Positions 47,477-55,864 of a stretch of 59,235 nucleotides of DNA are shown in pieces. This stretch comes from Crocinitomicaceae bacterium (lineage in GTDB: Bacteria; Bacteroidota; Bacteroidia; Flavobacteriales_D; Crocinitomicaceae), in contig JBIIQP010000001.1 of assembly GCA_044341975.1 (NCBI GenBank), forward strand, positions 1-59,235, in the 5' to 3' direction. The first letter of the stretch is position 1, and the number at the start of each line of letters is the position of its first letter. Made by a program: the position numbers and the translations under genes. Below the pieces are notes generated by a model that was given only the letters and a program-made list of their open reading frames with translations, did not search any database and was not told the DNA's origin.

Positions 47477-48691
47477 TTAGAAATTTATTTGTGCTTGCAA
47501 TCGCAACAGTCTGCCTGTTTGAAAATTGTCTTGATTTTGAAAGTCTTCGAATCTTCGATTAGAAATAGTATACATTGCCACTAATTCAAACGTTTTGTGT
47601 GGTTGCCATTCAAATCCAATTTCATATTCGTTGACCTTGTAACTTCTTGCATCAAGTTCATGTTTTTTACCGCCTTCATAATACTGACCCCTCGCAAATG
47701 GTATTAACAACTGCTTGCCTAATTTCAACATATAGGATATGGTAATATACCCCCCTTGAAGATTTTGCACCTCAATAGAATCGGTAAACTTATTAAATTC
47801 AGGTCCTCTACCGAAATTATATTCTGCTTGTATTCCAAATGGTTTAGGATAAAGAACAAAAGTTCCCGCAACCCGTTCATCCCAATAAGTTGATTCCTCA
47901 TTTTTTTTCACCCCCGAAGATGTACTCAACAAAGTAAATTGTCCGCTATATGCCTGAATAGCAGGTTCTATAATTTGATTTTTAATCTTTATTGGACAAC
48001 TAATTCTTGAAACAAAATGTAGATTATTATTCTTTTCAGATTGATTGGCGGTCTGTCCATTGTACGCTCCAAATGCAAATACCCCATAATCCCCTGAGCC
48101 CTTTAGGCCATCCTTCACGAGTGATGAATAAAGTGCACGAGTTGCCTTAGGCGCCCAGTAAAAGAACGCTCCTAAATCTCGTTCATTCGACACCGCGCTG
48201 TTAAGTGCATCATTACGGTCTAATGGCAATCTATTCTGACTTGATTGCATATTCTCAAAACCATAAGGAACTTTACTCTGACCCAAACGAATCCTAAATT
48301 CGTTATTCTTATCGAGGCCTAAATCAAAATATGCATCACGCAATTGGGCTAAATGCCCCGTACTTCCCGCTGAAGAAGCAAAATCAGGTTGAACATAAAA
48401 ATAAACCCTCTTAGAGATTTGTCCATAAAATATTATCCGCATTCGACGAATAAAAAACCCTCCATCATTTCCCCAAGATTTATCACATTGCTCACATTTA
48501 AGGTCCGGATTTGTTTCAAATAAACGATTGTACCGTGTCTGCAAGTAGCCTCTTATTTGAACACTTTCATACCATTCTTTTTGCTTTTGCACTTCTGACA
48601 AAATAGGTTTCACAGAATTACTACTATCAACTTGAGCATAATCTTTAAACACTATCCCAAATAAAAAAATAAAAACAAATCTAATTTTCAT
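47477..48691 (-). CDS. Phosphate-selective porin O/P-family outer-membrane protein
   Basis: 404 aa with a signal peptide. It has an alternating beta-strand pattern with 'IRGYLQTRYN' and 'LRDAYFDLGL', ends in an aromatic residue (..LQAQINF), and is divergent from the DUF47-PiT pair. The family call is by pattern memory, not a search. Confidence 0.6.
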   Translation of the reverse strand: MKIRFVFIFLFGIVFKDYAQVDSSNSVKPILSEVQKQKEWYESVQIRGYLQTRYNRLFETNPDLKCEQCDKSWGNDGGFFIRRMRIIFYGQISKRVYFYVQPDFASSAGSTGHLAQLRDAYFDLGLDKNNEFRIRLGQSKVPYGFENMQSSQNRLPLDRNDALNSAVSNERDLGAFFYWAPKATRALYSSLVKDGLKGSGDYGVFAFGAYNGQTANQSEKNNNLHFVSRISCPIKIKNQIIEPAIQAYSGQFTLLSTSSGVKKNEESTYWDERVAGTFVLYPKPFGIQAEYNFGRGPEFNKFTDSIEVQNLQGGYITISYMLKLGKQLLIPFARGQYYEGGKKHELDARSYKVNEYEIGFEWQPHKTFELVAMYTISNRRFEDFQNQDNFQTGRLLRLQAQINF

Positions 48692-48713
48692 GCGCTTTAT
48701 AATTTTGAAAGCG

Positions 48714-48721
48714 CAAAACTA
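48714..48721 (-). promoter_or_regulatory. Candidate -7 promoter box (TAGTTTTG on the minus strand) for the porin gene
   Basis: Plus-strand CAAAACTA matches TAnnTTTG on the minus strand, 23 nt upstream of the ATG at 48691. Confidence 0.4.
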
Positions 48722-48748
48722 ACTCATTAACTTTTTGTTCACATTGAG

Positions 48749-48990
48749 TTAACACACAGTTAAGATAAGCTTAATATTCTTAACATTTAGTTAACACTAG
48801 GTCAAGCACTACGATAATCACACATTATTGATTATCAATTACTTATAAAGACTATGCCGCCATGCTTGGTTAAAATGCTTAATATTAAATTAACATTGTA
48901 TATTAACATTGCATGCTAATTATCAGTTTTCCAATGTTTTATATATTAACATTGCTTACTTAACTTGTTAACGTTATGTTTACGTTAACA
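48749..48990 (+). promoter_or_regulatory. Array of seven exact TTAACA hexamers (candidate Pho-box-like response-regulator sites)
   Basis: TTAACA starts at 48749, 48780, 48791, 48890, 48903, 48946 and 48985, all on the + strand. The pairs TTAACA-n5-TTAACA (48780/48791) and TTAACA-n7-TTAACA (48890/48903) stand out. Three copies extend to ATTAACATTG. Related TTAACT/TTAACG hexamers lie at 48727, 48960 and 48968. Confidence 0.5.
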
Positions 48991-49025
48991 ATTATCACGA
49001 AAAAGTTGCTGATTAAAAAATCGGA

Positions 49026-49033
49026 TAACTTTG
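49026..49033 (+). promoter_or_regulatory. Candidate -7 promoter box (TAACTTTG) for the DUF47-PiT operon
   Basis: Matches TAnnTTTG 15 nt upstream of the ATG at 49048. A TTG lies at 49006-49008 at -33-like spacing. Confidence 0.45.
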
Positions 49034-49047
49034 CCAAAAAATCAATT

Positions 49048-49695
49048 ATGGCAACAGGTATATTAAAATTCTTTTTACCAAAAGACAGAGTATTTTATAC
49101 TCTTTTTGAGAGCGCTAGCGCTAACTTAGAAACACTCTCTAAAAAACTTGTACAATTAGTAAATGAGGCTGACTTTAATAAACGTGCTCAATTGGTCAAG
49201 GAAATGGAAGATTTGGAGCATCAAAATGATTTGTTGACACATAATATTTTCCTTGAGTTAGGTAAAAATTTCATCACTCCATTCGATCGCGAGGATATAC
49301 ACAGTTTAGCCTCAGCGTTGGATGATATTGCTGACTACATGTATGCCGCCGGTAAAAAAATTAATTTTTACAAAATTGATCCAACTGTTGATTCTGGCAT
49401 TCAAAAAACAGCAGATGCCATTCAACAAGCGGTACTAGCTGTCAACAGCGCAGTTGTAGAGTTGCGCAACCTAAAAAACACACAAAAAATTGTTGAATGT
49501 GTTATTAAAATCAACAGCATCGAAAATACAGCAGATGAAATTTTTGATTTAAGTATCGAAAAACTATTCGATTCAGATGTAGACGCGAAAGAGTTGATTA
49601 AGAAGCGTGAGATCTACCAAACAATGGAAACGGTAACAGATAAGTGTGAAGATGCTGGGAATGTAATCGAATCGATCGTTGTAAAGTACGCTTAA
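49048..49695 (+). CDS. DUF47 (PhoU-like) protein paired with a PiT transporter
   Basis: The ORF track starts at 48976. The ATG at 49048 (MATGILKFFLPKDRVFY) is the family-typical N-terminus and lies downstream of the promoter box. A PiT gene follows 30 nt later. Confidence 0.75.
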   Translation: MATGILKFFLPKDRVFYTLFESASANLETLSKKLVQLVNEADFNKRAQLVKEMEDLEHQNDLLTHNIFLELGKNFITPFDREDIHSLASALDDIADYMYAAGKKINFYKIDPTVDSGIQKTADAIQQAVLAVNSAVVELRNLKNTQKIVECVIKINSIENTADEIFDLSIEKLFDSDVDAKELIKKREIYQTMETVTDKCEDAGNVIESIVVKYA

Positions 49696-49725
49696 GCCTA
49701 ACATTTACATAACTAATATAATAGT

Positions 49726-51168
49726 ATGTTAACTTTATTATTTGTCGTTATTGCAATAGCGCTCATCTTTGACCTTGTCAATGGGTTTCATGATGCTGCC
49801 AACTCGATTGCAACTGTTGTGTCTACGAAAGTTTTAACACCTTTTCAGGCAGTTATTTGGGCGGCCGTATTCAACATTGTTGCATTTTGGGTTTTTGACA
49901 TGAGTGTCGGAAACACGGTAGCAAAAACGGTTGATAACAGCGCTATTGACCTATGGGTTATCCTGGCTGGATTGCTTGCTGCTACCTTCTGGAACCTACT
50001 CACATGGTGGCTTGGTCTTCCTTCGTCTTCTTCTCACACATTGATTGGAGGTTTTGCTGGTGCCGCAGTTGCTTGTGCTGGGTTTGATGTTCTAAAACTT
50101 GAAGAAATTATAAAACCAGTTTTATTTATATTCTTTGCTCCGGTAATCGGCGGGATTATCGCCTTTGTCATTGCATTGGTTACCATACAACGCAACTTTT
50201 TCATTAAAATGCTGTGGTCTGTTGGTCTGTCTGTTATTACGGTTTACACGACCTACTATTTGAAAGATTCCCTTGACATCAAACCAATTATGATTTGGAT
50301 AGTAGGTATTATGCTCGTAACATTCGTTCTCGTTTACCTTATTTACCAATTACTTTATGCAAAAAAGCCATCGGCTACAAGAGAATCTAGCATGTACAAA
50401 AAGCTTCAATTGCTTTCTTCGGCGGCATTTTCTCTTGGCCATGGTGGTGCGGATTCTCAAAAAGTAATGGGAATTATTTGTGCTGCATTGATGGTCTATG
50501 GAAATATGGCTAGAGACGGAAAAACTGATTCAAATGTCCCACATTACTTGCAGGTTACTGAATTGATTCAAATTGAATACAAAGGCGAAGAAGGTAAAAA
50601 AGAGATGTTTAAGCCAGAAAGAGAAAATGGGGAAAAACTTGAAGTTTACACAAAAGGAAAAAAGATATTCGACAATGAAACTGAAGTTTTGATTTTTGAT
50701 GATAAAAACCTAAATCAAGCATATTCTAAAGCATCCCTTTTTGCGAAGCATGTCGACAAAGCAGGGCATTTACTAGAGGGGCACAAAATCAAAGCAAAAG
50801 TTCACAATGATACAATGCCGTCATGGATTTCCTTCTGTTGTTATTTAATGATTGGTCTGGGAACGTTGATGGGTGGTTGGAAAATAGTAAAAACAATGGG
50901 CACAAAAATCACGAAGGTTACTCCATTGGAGGGTGTTTGTGCGGAAACGGCAGGTGCTTTAACATTGTTTACGGTTAGTCAAATGGGTATTCCTGTTTCA
51001 ACGACGCATACCATCACGGGCTCAATTATCGGAGTTGGTGCAACGAAACGCTTAAGTGCAGTAAGATGGGGTGTTACCATCAATTTGCTTTGGGCATGGA
51101 TACTTACCATTCCTGTGAGTGGATTGTTGGCAGCCATTTTCTACTATTTGATCTTGATGCTTAAATAA
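49726..51168 (+). CDS. pit: Inorganic phosphate transporter, PiT (PHO4) family
   Basis: 480 aa and polytopic. It has the duplicated PiT signatures 'GFHDAANSIATVVST' (N-terminal) and 'STTHTITGSIIGVG' (C-terminal), with a ~100-aa Lys/Glu-rich central loop. Confidence 0.9.
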   Translation: MLTLLFVVIAIALIFDLVNGFHDAANSIATVVSTKVLTPFQAVIWAAVFNIVAFWVFDMSVGNTVAKTVDNSAIDLWVILAGLLAATFWNLLTWWLGLPSSSSHTLIGGFAGAAVACAGFDVLKLEEIIKPVLFIFFAPVIGGIIAFVIALVTIQRNFFIKMLWSVGLSVITVYTTYYLKDSLDIKPIMIWIVGIMLVTFVLVYLIYQLLYAKKPSATRESSMYKKLQLLSSAAFSLGHGGADSQKVMGIICAALMVYGNMARDGKTDSNVPHYLQVTELIQIEYKGEEGKKEMFKPERENGEKLEVYTKGKKIFDNETEVLIFDDKNLNQAYSKASLFAKHVDKAGHLLEGHKIKAKVHNDTMPSWISFCCYLMIGLGTLMGGWKIVKTMGTKITKVTPLEGVCAETAGALTLFTVSQMGIPVSTTHTITGSIIGVGATKRLSAVRWGVTINLLWAWILTIPVSGLLAAIFYYLILMLK

Positions 51169-51190
51169 AACACAACGTATATAGATTTTT

Positions 51191-51211
51191 AGGGGCTTCG
51201 GCCCCTTTTTT
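51191..51211 (+). terminator. Rho-independent terminator after pit
   Basis: Stem AGGGGC/GCCCCT with a TTCG tetraloop, followed by TTTTTT. Confidence 0.8.
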
Positions 51212-51252
51212 ATTTCTTAACGTATGTCAATTAAATGTAATCTGTTAAAGAT

Positions 51253-51260
51253 TAACTTTG
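51253..51260 (+). promoter_or_regulatory. Candidate -7 promoter box (TAACTTTG) for the pirin gene
   Basis: Matches TAnnTTTG 20 nt upstream of the ATG at 51280. Confidence 0.4.
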
Positions 51261-51279
51261 TAACATCTATGCCATAAGC

Positions 51280-52395
51280 ATGAAATACAGAAGAGATTTT
51301 TTAAAACGATTCGCCGCTGGAATATTCTCTTTACCTATAATGGGATGGGGACAGTCTATGCGCAAAGAAACAACAACTATGTCATCGAAAATTAAACAAA
51401 TAAAACCATTGGGATTTCAGTGGGAAACGGCTGATCCATTTCTATTTTGCGTGCACCACGAGGACCAGTATCCCAAAGGAAACGAAAAACTTGGACCAGA
51501 CACATCCTTACAAGGGCGTTATCTCGGACAAGATTTTATTGTAAAGGATGGGTTTCGCATGTATCACGGGACAGAAGTTCCGGGTTTCCCTGGTCATCCA
51601 CACCGCGGGTTTGAAACGATTACAGTTGTTAGAGAAGGTTTGGTTGATCACGCCGATTCTACGGGTGCTTGTGGCCGCTACGGCAACGGGGATGTTCAGT
51701 GGATGACAGCAGGAAAAGGAGTGCAACATTCTGAAATGTTTCCATGCCTCAATTCAGAAAAAGACAACCCGCTTGAGCTATTTCAAATTTGGCTCAACTT
51801 ACCCGCCAAAAGCAAAATGGTGGAACCTCACTTTAAAATGATCTGGAGTGAACAAGTACCTAAGTTCTCCGAGCGAGATGAAAACGGAAATTCGGCAATC
51901 ATTGAGGTTTTGGTTGGAAAATTTAATGATAAAACAACGCTTACTGCTCCACCGGATTCATGGGCGGCAAATCCTTCAAATCATGTGGGAGTATTCAATA
52001 TTCAACTTGATCCCAACACCAAATTCATCCTTCCAAAAGCAGAAATAGGTGTCAACAGAACGGTCTATTATTACAGCGGAAAAGGTCTGAAAATAGAAGG
52101 AATTGAAATTCCAACGTATCATGCGGTTGAAGTTGATGCAGCGCAGCAGCTCGAAATAGTAAATGGAACCGAACCCGGAAAGCTTTTGATTCTACAGGGC
52201 CGCCCAATTAATGAGCCTGTTGTTCAACATGGTCCATTCGTCATGAACAGCAAAGATGAAATATATCAAGCGTTTTCAGATTACCAACAGACACAATTCG
52301 GCGGTTGGCCTTGGCCAAAAAACGATCAGGTGCACGCACGTGAACGGGGAAGATTTGCAAGGCATTCCGATGGAAGAGAAGAAGTGAAAAGTTGA
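51280..52395 (+). CDS. Pirin-family (bicupin) protein with a twin-arginine signal peptide
   Basis: 371 aa. The Tat motif is 'YRRDFLKRFAAG'. The cupin metal-site region is 'GHPHRGFETITVVREGLVDHADSTG...HSEM'. Confidence 0.85.
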   Translation: MKYRRDFLKRFAAGIFSLPIMGWGQSMRKETTTMSSKIKQIKPLGFQWETADPFLFCVHHEDQYPKGNEKLGPDTSLQGRYLGQDFIVKDGFRMYHGTEVPGFPGHPHRGFETITVVREGLVDHADSTGACGRYGNGDVQWMTAGKGVQHSEMFPCLNSEKDNPLELFQIWLNLPAKSKMVEPHFKMIWSEQVPKFSERDENGNSAIIEVLVGKFNDKTTLTAPPDSWAANPSNHVGVFNIQLDPNTKFILPKAEIGVNRTVYYYSGKGLKIEGIEIPTYHAVEVDAAQQLEIVNGTEPGKLLILQGRPINEPVVQHGPFVMNSKDEIYQAFSDYQQTQFGGWPWPKNDQVHARERGRFARHSDGREEVKS

Positions 52396-52454
52396 TTTTT
52401 GAACAAGTAACAAAGATCTCTTCAATAAAGAACCCTATTGTATAGTGGAAACTT

Positions 52455-52498
52455 AAAAAACAAAATCGGCCGACAGAACTATACCTGCAGACCGATTT
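52455..52498 (-). terminator. Hairpin terminator downstream of the 52523..52963 gene (also follows the convergent pirin gene)
   Basis: Minus-strand stem AAATCGGTC/GGCCGATTT (one G-U pair) with further internal pairing, followed by TGTTTTTT. Confidence 0.55.
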
Positions 52499-52522
52499 CT
52501 ATTTAAGTATAAGATCTAATTT

Positions 52523-52963
52523 TTAGTTTTTCGGCACAAAATGAAATTCATGTCGATCGCTGCCGTTCTCATAGAAATACCAAAATTCTTTCTTTTTCAA
52601 TTTAATGATTTCAATATCTGAACTAGAAACAGTACTCGTTTGAGCTGTCAACAGCAAACTACTCACTCCATCAATCTTAATTTGTTTCGTATCAGTTTTT
52701 AACGTCCATCCACCTGTCTGATCCATTTGAGCTCCGTCAAACACATACGATCTCAAAAGAGTTCCATCTTCATTATATGTTTCTTCAAAATTTGAAATTA
52801 ATAACTGCGATGTTTCGTCATTGCCGTTGCGAAGATAGGCATCCAGCACCCAGGTTTGACGTGTTAAATTTTTGTCTGCGCTACTCACGAATCCGCCCTC
52901 ATCAAACTTTTTGCAAGAAGAAAGACTAGCAATAATGAACGCAGTAAATAAAAGATTTTTCAT
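52523..52963 (-). CDS. Small hypothetical lipoprotein
   Basis: 146 aa with lipobox 'SLSSC'. No recognisable catalytic motif. Confidence 0.5.
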   Translation of the reverse strand: MKNLLFTAFIIASLSSCKKFDEGGFVSSADKNLTRQTWVLDAYLRNGNDETSQLLISNFEETYNEDGTLLRSYVFDGAQMDQTGGWTLKTDTKQIKIDGVSSLLLTAQTSTVSSSDIEIIKLKKKEFWYFYENGSDRHEFHFVPKN

Positions 52964-53023
52964 GAAATTGGTTTTAGGTATTTAACCTCTTACAACGCTT
53001 AAAATCAAAAAAGGTTGGTGGGT

Positions 53024-53467
53024 TTATCTTTTTTTCTGAAAGAATTCTATCATCAACTCCGAACAATCTTTCTCAAGAATACCGTTCGTAACGAGTGTTT
53101 TAGGGTGGTAAAGCTGGTTTTGAAATCTACCTGCTCCTCTTTTTTCGTCTCTTGCGCCAAAAACAATTTTGTCAATCTGCGACCAATAAAGCGCTCCGGC
53201 ACACATCACACAGGGTTCGAGCGTTACATATAGCGTGCATCCTGCCAAATATTTTCCACCCAAAGACTCTGACGCAGCTGTTATTGCTTGCATTTCTGCA
53301 TGCGCCGTTACATCATGCAAATGTTCTGTAAAATTGTGTGCGCGGGCAATGATTTGATTGTTCGCAACCACAACTGCACCCACAGGCACCTCATCCTTTT
53401 CAAACGCTTTCTGTGCCTCTTGAAAGGCTTGCTTCATAAAATATTCATCGTTGTATGGAGAAATCAT
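53024..53467 (-). CDS. tadA: tRNA-specific adenosine deaminase TadA
   Basis: CDA zinc motifs 'HAEMQAI' and 'PCVMCAGAL'. The ATG at 53467 (MISPYNDEYFMKQAF) is preferred over the ORF-track start at 53545 because a TAnnTTTG box lies 16 nt upstream of it. Confidence 0.9.
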   Translation of the reverse strand: MISPYNDEYFMKQAFQEAQKAFEKDEVPVGAVVVANNQIIARAHNFTEHLHDVTAHAEMQAITAASESLGGKYLAGCTLYVTLEPCVMCAGALYWSQIDKIVFGARDEKRGAGRFQNQLYHPKTLVTNGILEKDCSELMIEFFQKKR

Positions 53468-53482
53468 GGAGGTCTTTTTTCT

Positions 53483-53490
53483 CAAAAATA
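53483..53490 (-). promoter_or_regulatory. Candidate -7 promoter box (TATTTTTG on the minus strand) for tadA
   Basis: Plus-strand CAAAAATA, 16 nt upstream of the ATG at 53467. Confidence 0.4.
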
Positions 53491-53546
53491 TGCTTTTCTT
53501 CGGAAATGAAAATGTGTTGTATTCAATCGAATTCGAAAGTTTCATT

Positions 53547-53554
53547 TACATTTG
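53547..53554 (+). promoter_or_regulatory. Candidate -7 promoter box (TACATTTG) for ldcA
   Basis: Matches TAnnTTTG 20 nt upstream of the ATG at 53574. Confidence 0.4.
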
Positions 53555-53573
53555 ATCCATCAAGATTCTTTAA

Positions 53574-54467
53574 ATGAATGTTCCTCAACCATTAGCATCG
53601 GGCGATCTTATTTACATCACTGCACCAGCAAAAGCAATCGAAAAAGAGCATGTTGATTTCGCTGTTGCATTTTTTGAAAACGCAGGTTTCAGGGTGTTAG
53701 TGAGTAAGAATTGTTTGGGTCAACACCACTACTTTTCAGGCACAGATGAAGAACGCTTGGAAGATTTACAATATGGTATTGATCATCCGGAAGTAAAAGC
53801 AATTGTATGCGCAAGAGGGGGATATGGTTGTGTAAGAATTGTCGATAGAATTCAATGGGCCAGCATGCTGCGCGAACCAAAATGGATGGTTGGATTCAGC
53901 GATGTAACCGTGTTCCATCAGCATCTTCAACGATTTAACCTGCCAAGCATCCATGGATCGATGGTCTTAAACTTCAAAGACAACTCTCAAGTGGCGTTGA
54001 ACACTCTGTTGATGGCACTCAAAGGTGAGTCATTTTCTGTAGCGGCAACTTCAAACTTCAACAAATCCGGGTCAGCAGAAGGAACAATCGTTGGCGGAAA
54101 TTTGAGCATCGTTTATAGTTTAATTGGCACAAACAATCAACCGGATTATTCAGATAAAATTCTGTTTGTAGAAGATCTGGCGGAACACCTGTACCACATC
54201 GACCGTATGTTTTATGCGCTCAACAAGTCTGGTATATTAGACAAAATTAGTGGCCTGGTCGTTGGTGGGATGACGGAACTTGAAGATACTGCAACACCAT
54301 TTGGAATGTCTGTTGAAGAAATTATTCTAGCACATTTTCAATACAGAAACATTCCTATTGCATTTGGTTTTCCAGCAGGACATCTGAACGATAATCGTGC
54401 ATTAATTTTAGGCAAAAAGGTGCGCTTCAACGTTGAAGGAACAACTTCAGAGTTGCGTTTCCTATAA
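53574..54467 (+). CDS. ldcA: LD-carboxypeptidase (peptidase S66, muramoyltetrapeptide carboxypeptidase)
   Basis: 297 aa. It has the nucleophile motif 'VGFSDVTV', 'FVEDLAEHLYHIDRM' and the C-terminal 'PAGHL' His motif. Confidence 0.85.
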   Translation: MNVPQPLASGDLIYITAPAKAIEKEHVDFAVAFFENAGFRVLVSKNCLGQHHYFSGTDEERLEDLQYGIDHPEVKAIVCARGGYGCVRIVDRIQWASMLREPKWMVGFSDVTVFHQHLQRFNLPSIHGSMVLNFKDNSQVALNTLLMALKGESFSVAATSNFNKSGSAEGTIVGGNLSIVYSLIGTNNQPDYSDKILFVEDLAEHLYHIDRMFYALNKSGILDKISGLVVGGMTELEDTATPFGMSVEEIILAHFQYRNIPIAFGFPAGHLNDNRALILGKKVRFNVEGTTSELRFL

Positions 54468-54824
54468 AACGACAAATCTTTTTACAACCCTGGTTCCATT
54501 GTTGTTCAGGGAACACAAATAACTGCCCTCTGGCAAGTCGGTTATGGCAACTTTTTCTTCAGCATTTATTATCCAAGTGCCGACATACGTGCCCGACAAA
54601 CTGTACAATGTGACTACTGAACCTTCTTTTCCTTTCACAAAAACATTCCCATCTGAAGGATTTGGATAGACCTCTACGGCTAAAACACTGCCTGCAACAA
54701 GTTCGGAAATCTTATCAATGCCATTCATTTCTTTGTCCTTGACTTGGCCTTCTAAATGCTGATCTTCCTGAGAAACAGCGTTCATTGCCACCATCAAAAC
54801 TACTGCTGTCAATAACGTTTTCAT
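54462..54824 (-). CDS. Minimal T9SS type-A sorting-domain protein (signal peptide, ~25-aa linker, CTD)
   Basis: 120 aa containing 'VEVYPNPSDGNVFVKG...VTLYSLSGTYV...GSYLCSLNNNG...KRFVVL'. Its 3' end overlaps the convergent ldcA stop by 6 nt. Confidence 0.6.
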   Translation of the reverse strand: MKTLLTAVVLMVAMNAVSQEDQHLEGQVKDKEMNGIDKISELVAGSVLAVEVYPNPSDGNVFVKGKEGSVVTLYSLSGTYVGTWIINAEEKVAITDLPEGSYLCSLNNNGTRVVKRFVVL

Positions 54825-54943
54825 AACCTGGGTTTTCTTTAAAAACTGAACTTTTTACACAATGTAACAGATAGCGAAAAACTTCCCATTATCTAAAATC
54901 AGTCTAAATAAGAACCTTTTCCTGCAAATTCTGTTCTATCTAT

Positions 54944-54951
54944 TAATTTTG
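54944..54951 (+). promoter_or_regulatory. Candidate -7 promoter box (TAATTTTG) for the sdh operon
   Basis: Matches TAnnTTTG 24 nt upstream of the ATG at 54975. Confidence 0.4.
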
Positions 54952-54974
54952 CGAAAGTTTCTTAAAGAAGAATT

Positions 54975-55847
54975 ATGAGTAAATCTGCTATTTTATCATC
55001 TTCCATTGCGAAAAAATATTGGATGGCCGTTACCGGTTTGTTCCTTTGTCTTTTTCTCGTTGGTCACCTGCTGGGAAATTTGCAACTGGTAATGAAAACC
55101 GGTGAAGAAGGTCGCCGCGCATTTAATGAATATGCGTACTTCATGTCGCACAACATTTTTATCAAAGTACTTTCTTATGCCACTTACATTTCCATTCTCT
55201 TTCATGCGGTGGATGGACTAATGCTTGCGCTACAGAATAAAAAAGCGCGTCCTATAAATTACGCTTACAACAACCCTTCAGCCAACTCTTCAGGAGCGGC
55301 TAGAAAAATGGCTGTTCTCGGCACTGCTATTTTGGTATTCATTGTAATTCACATGGCGAATTTCTGGTGGAAAATGAAGTACTCATCCGAACCAATGCCA
55401 ATACACACGTATGTAGTGAGTTCAACAGATCAAACAGGTCAGGCAAAAACCGATACATTGTATTACACGCATACTCCAAGCTTACAACCCGTTCCAACAA
55501 ACCCAATGATTGTTGTTAAAAATGGAACTGAACTTTATTTCAAAGATGTGAACGTAAAAGTTGGAGATACCTACAAAGACTTGCACAAAATCGTTATGTC
55601 TTTCTTCGGAAAAAGTATCAATGGTGCTCCAACCAACCAATATGCTTTGTTCGCTGTCATTCTTTACGTGTTATCCATGGCTATTTTATCCTTCCACTTG
55701 ATGCACGGATTCTCTTCGGCGTTTCAGTCGCTTGGTTTGAACCATAAAAAGTACACGCCAAGCATCAAATTGTTTGGTAAAATTTTCGCGATTATAGTGC
55801 CTGCGGCATTTGCGATAATTCCGGTACTTATTTTCCTTAGTAAATAG
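54975..55847 (+). CDS. sdhC: Succinate dehydrogenase/fumarate reductase cytochrome b subunit (b558 family)
   Basis: 290 aa with five hydrophobic helices and conserved His residues (..VGHLLGNL.., ..FHAVDG.., ..IHMANFW.., ..FHLMHGF..). It lies immediately upstream of sdhA. Confidence 0.8.
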   Translation: MSKSAILSSSIAKKYWMAVTGLFLCLFLVGHLLGNLQLVMKTGEEGRRAFNEYAYFMSHNIFIKVLSYATYISILFHAVDGLMLALQNKKARPINYAYNNPSANSSGAARKMAVLGTAILVFIVIHMANFWWKMKYSSEPMPIHTYVVSSTDQTGQAKTDTLYYTHTPSLQPVPTNPMIVVKNGTELYFKDVNVKVGDTYKDLHKIVMSFFGKSINGAPTNQYALFAVILYVLSMAILSFHLMHGFSSAFQSLGLNHKKYTPSIKLFGKIFAIIVPAAFAIIPVLIFLSK

Positions 55848-55864
55848 CATTAAACTATTTGATT

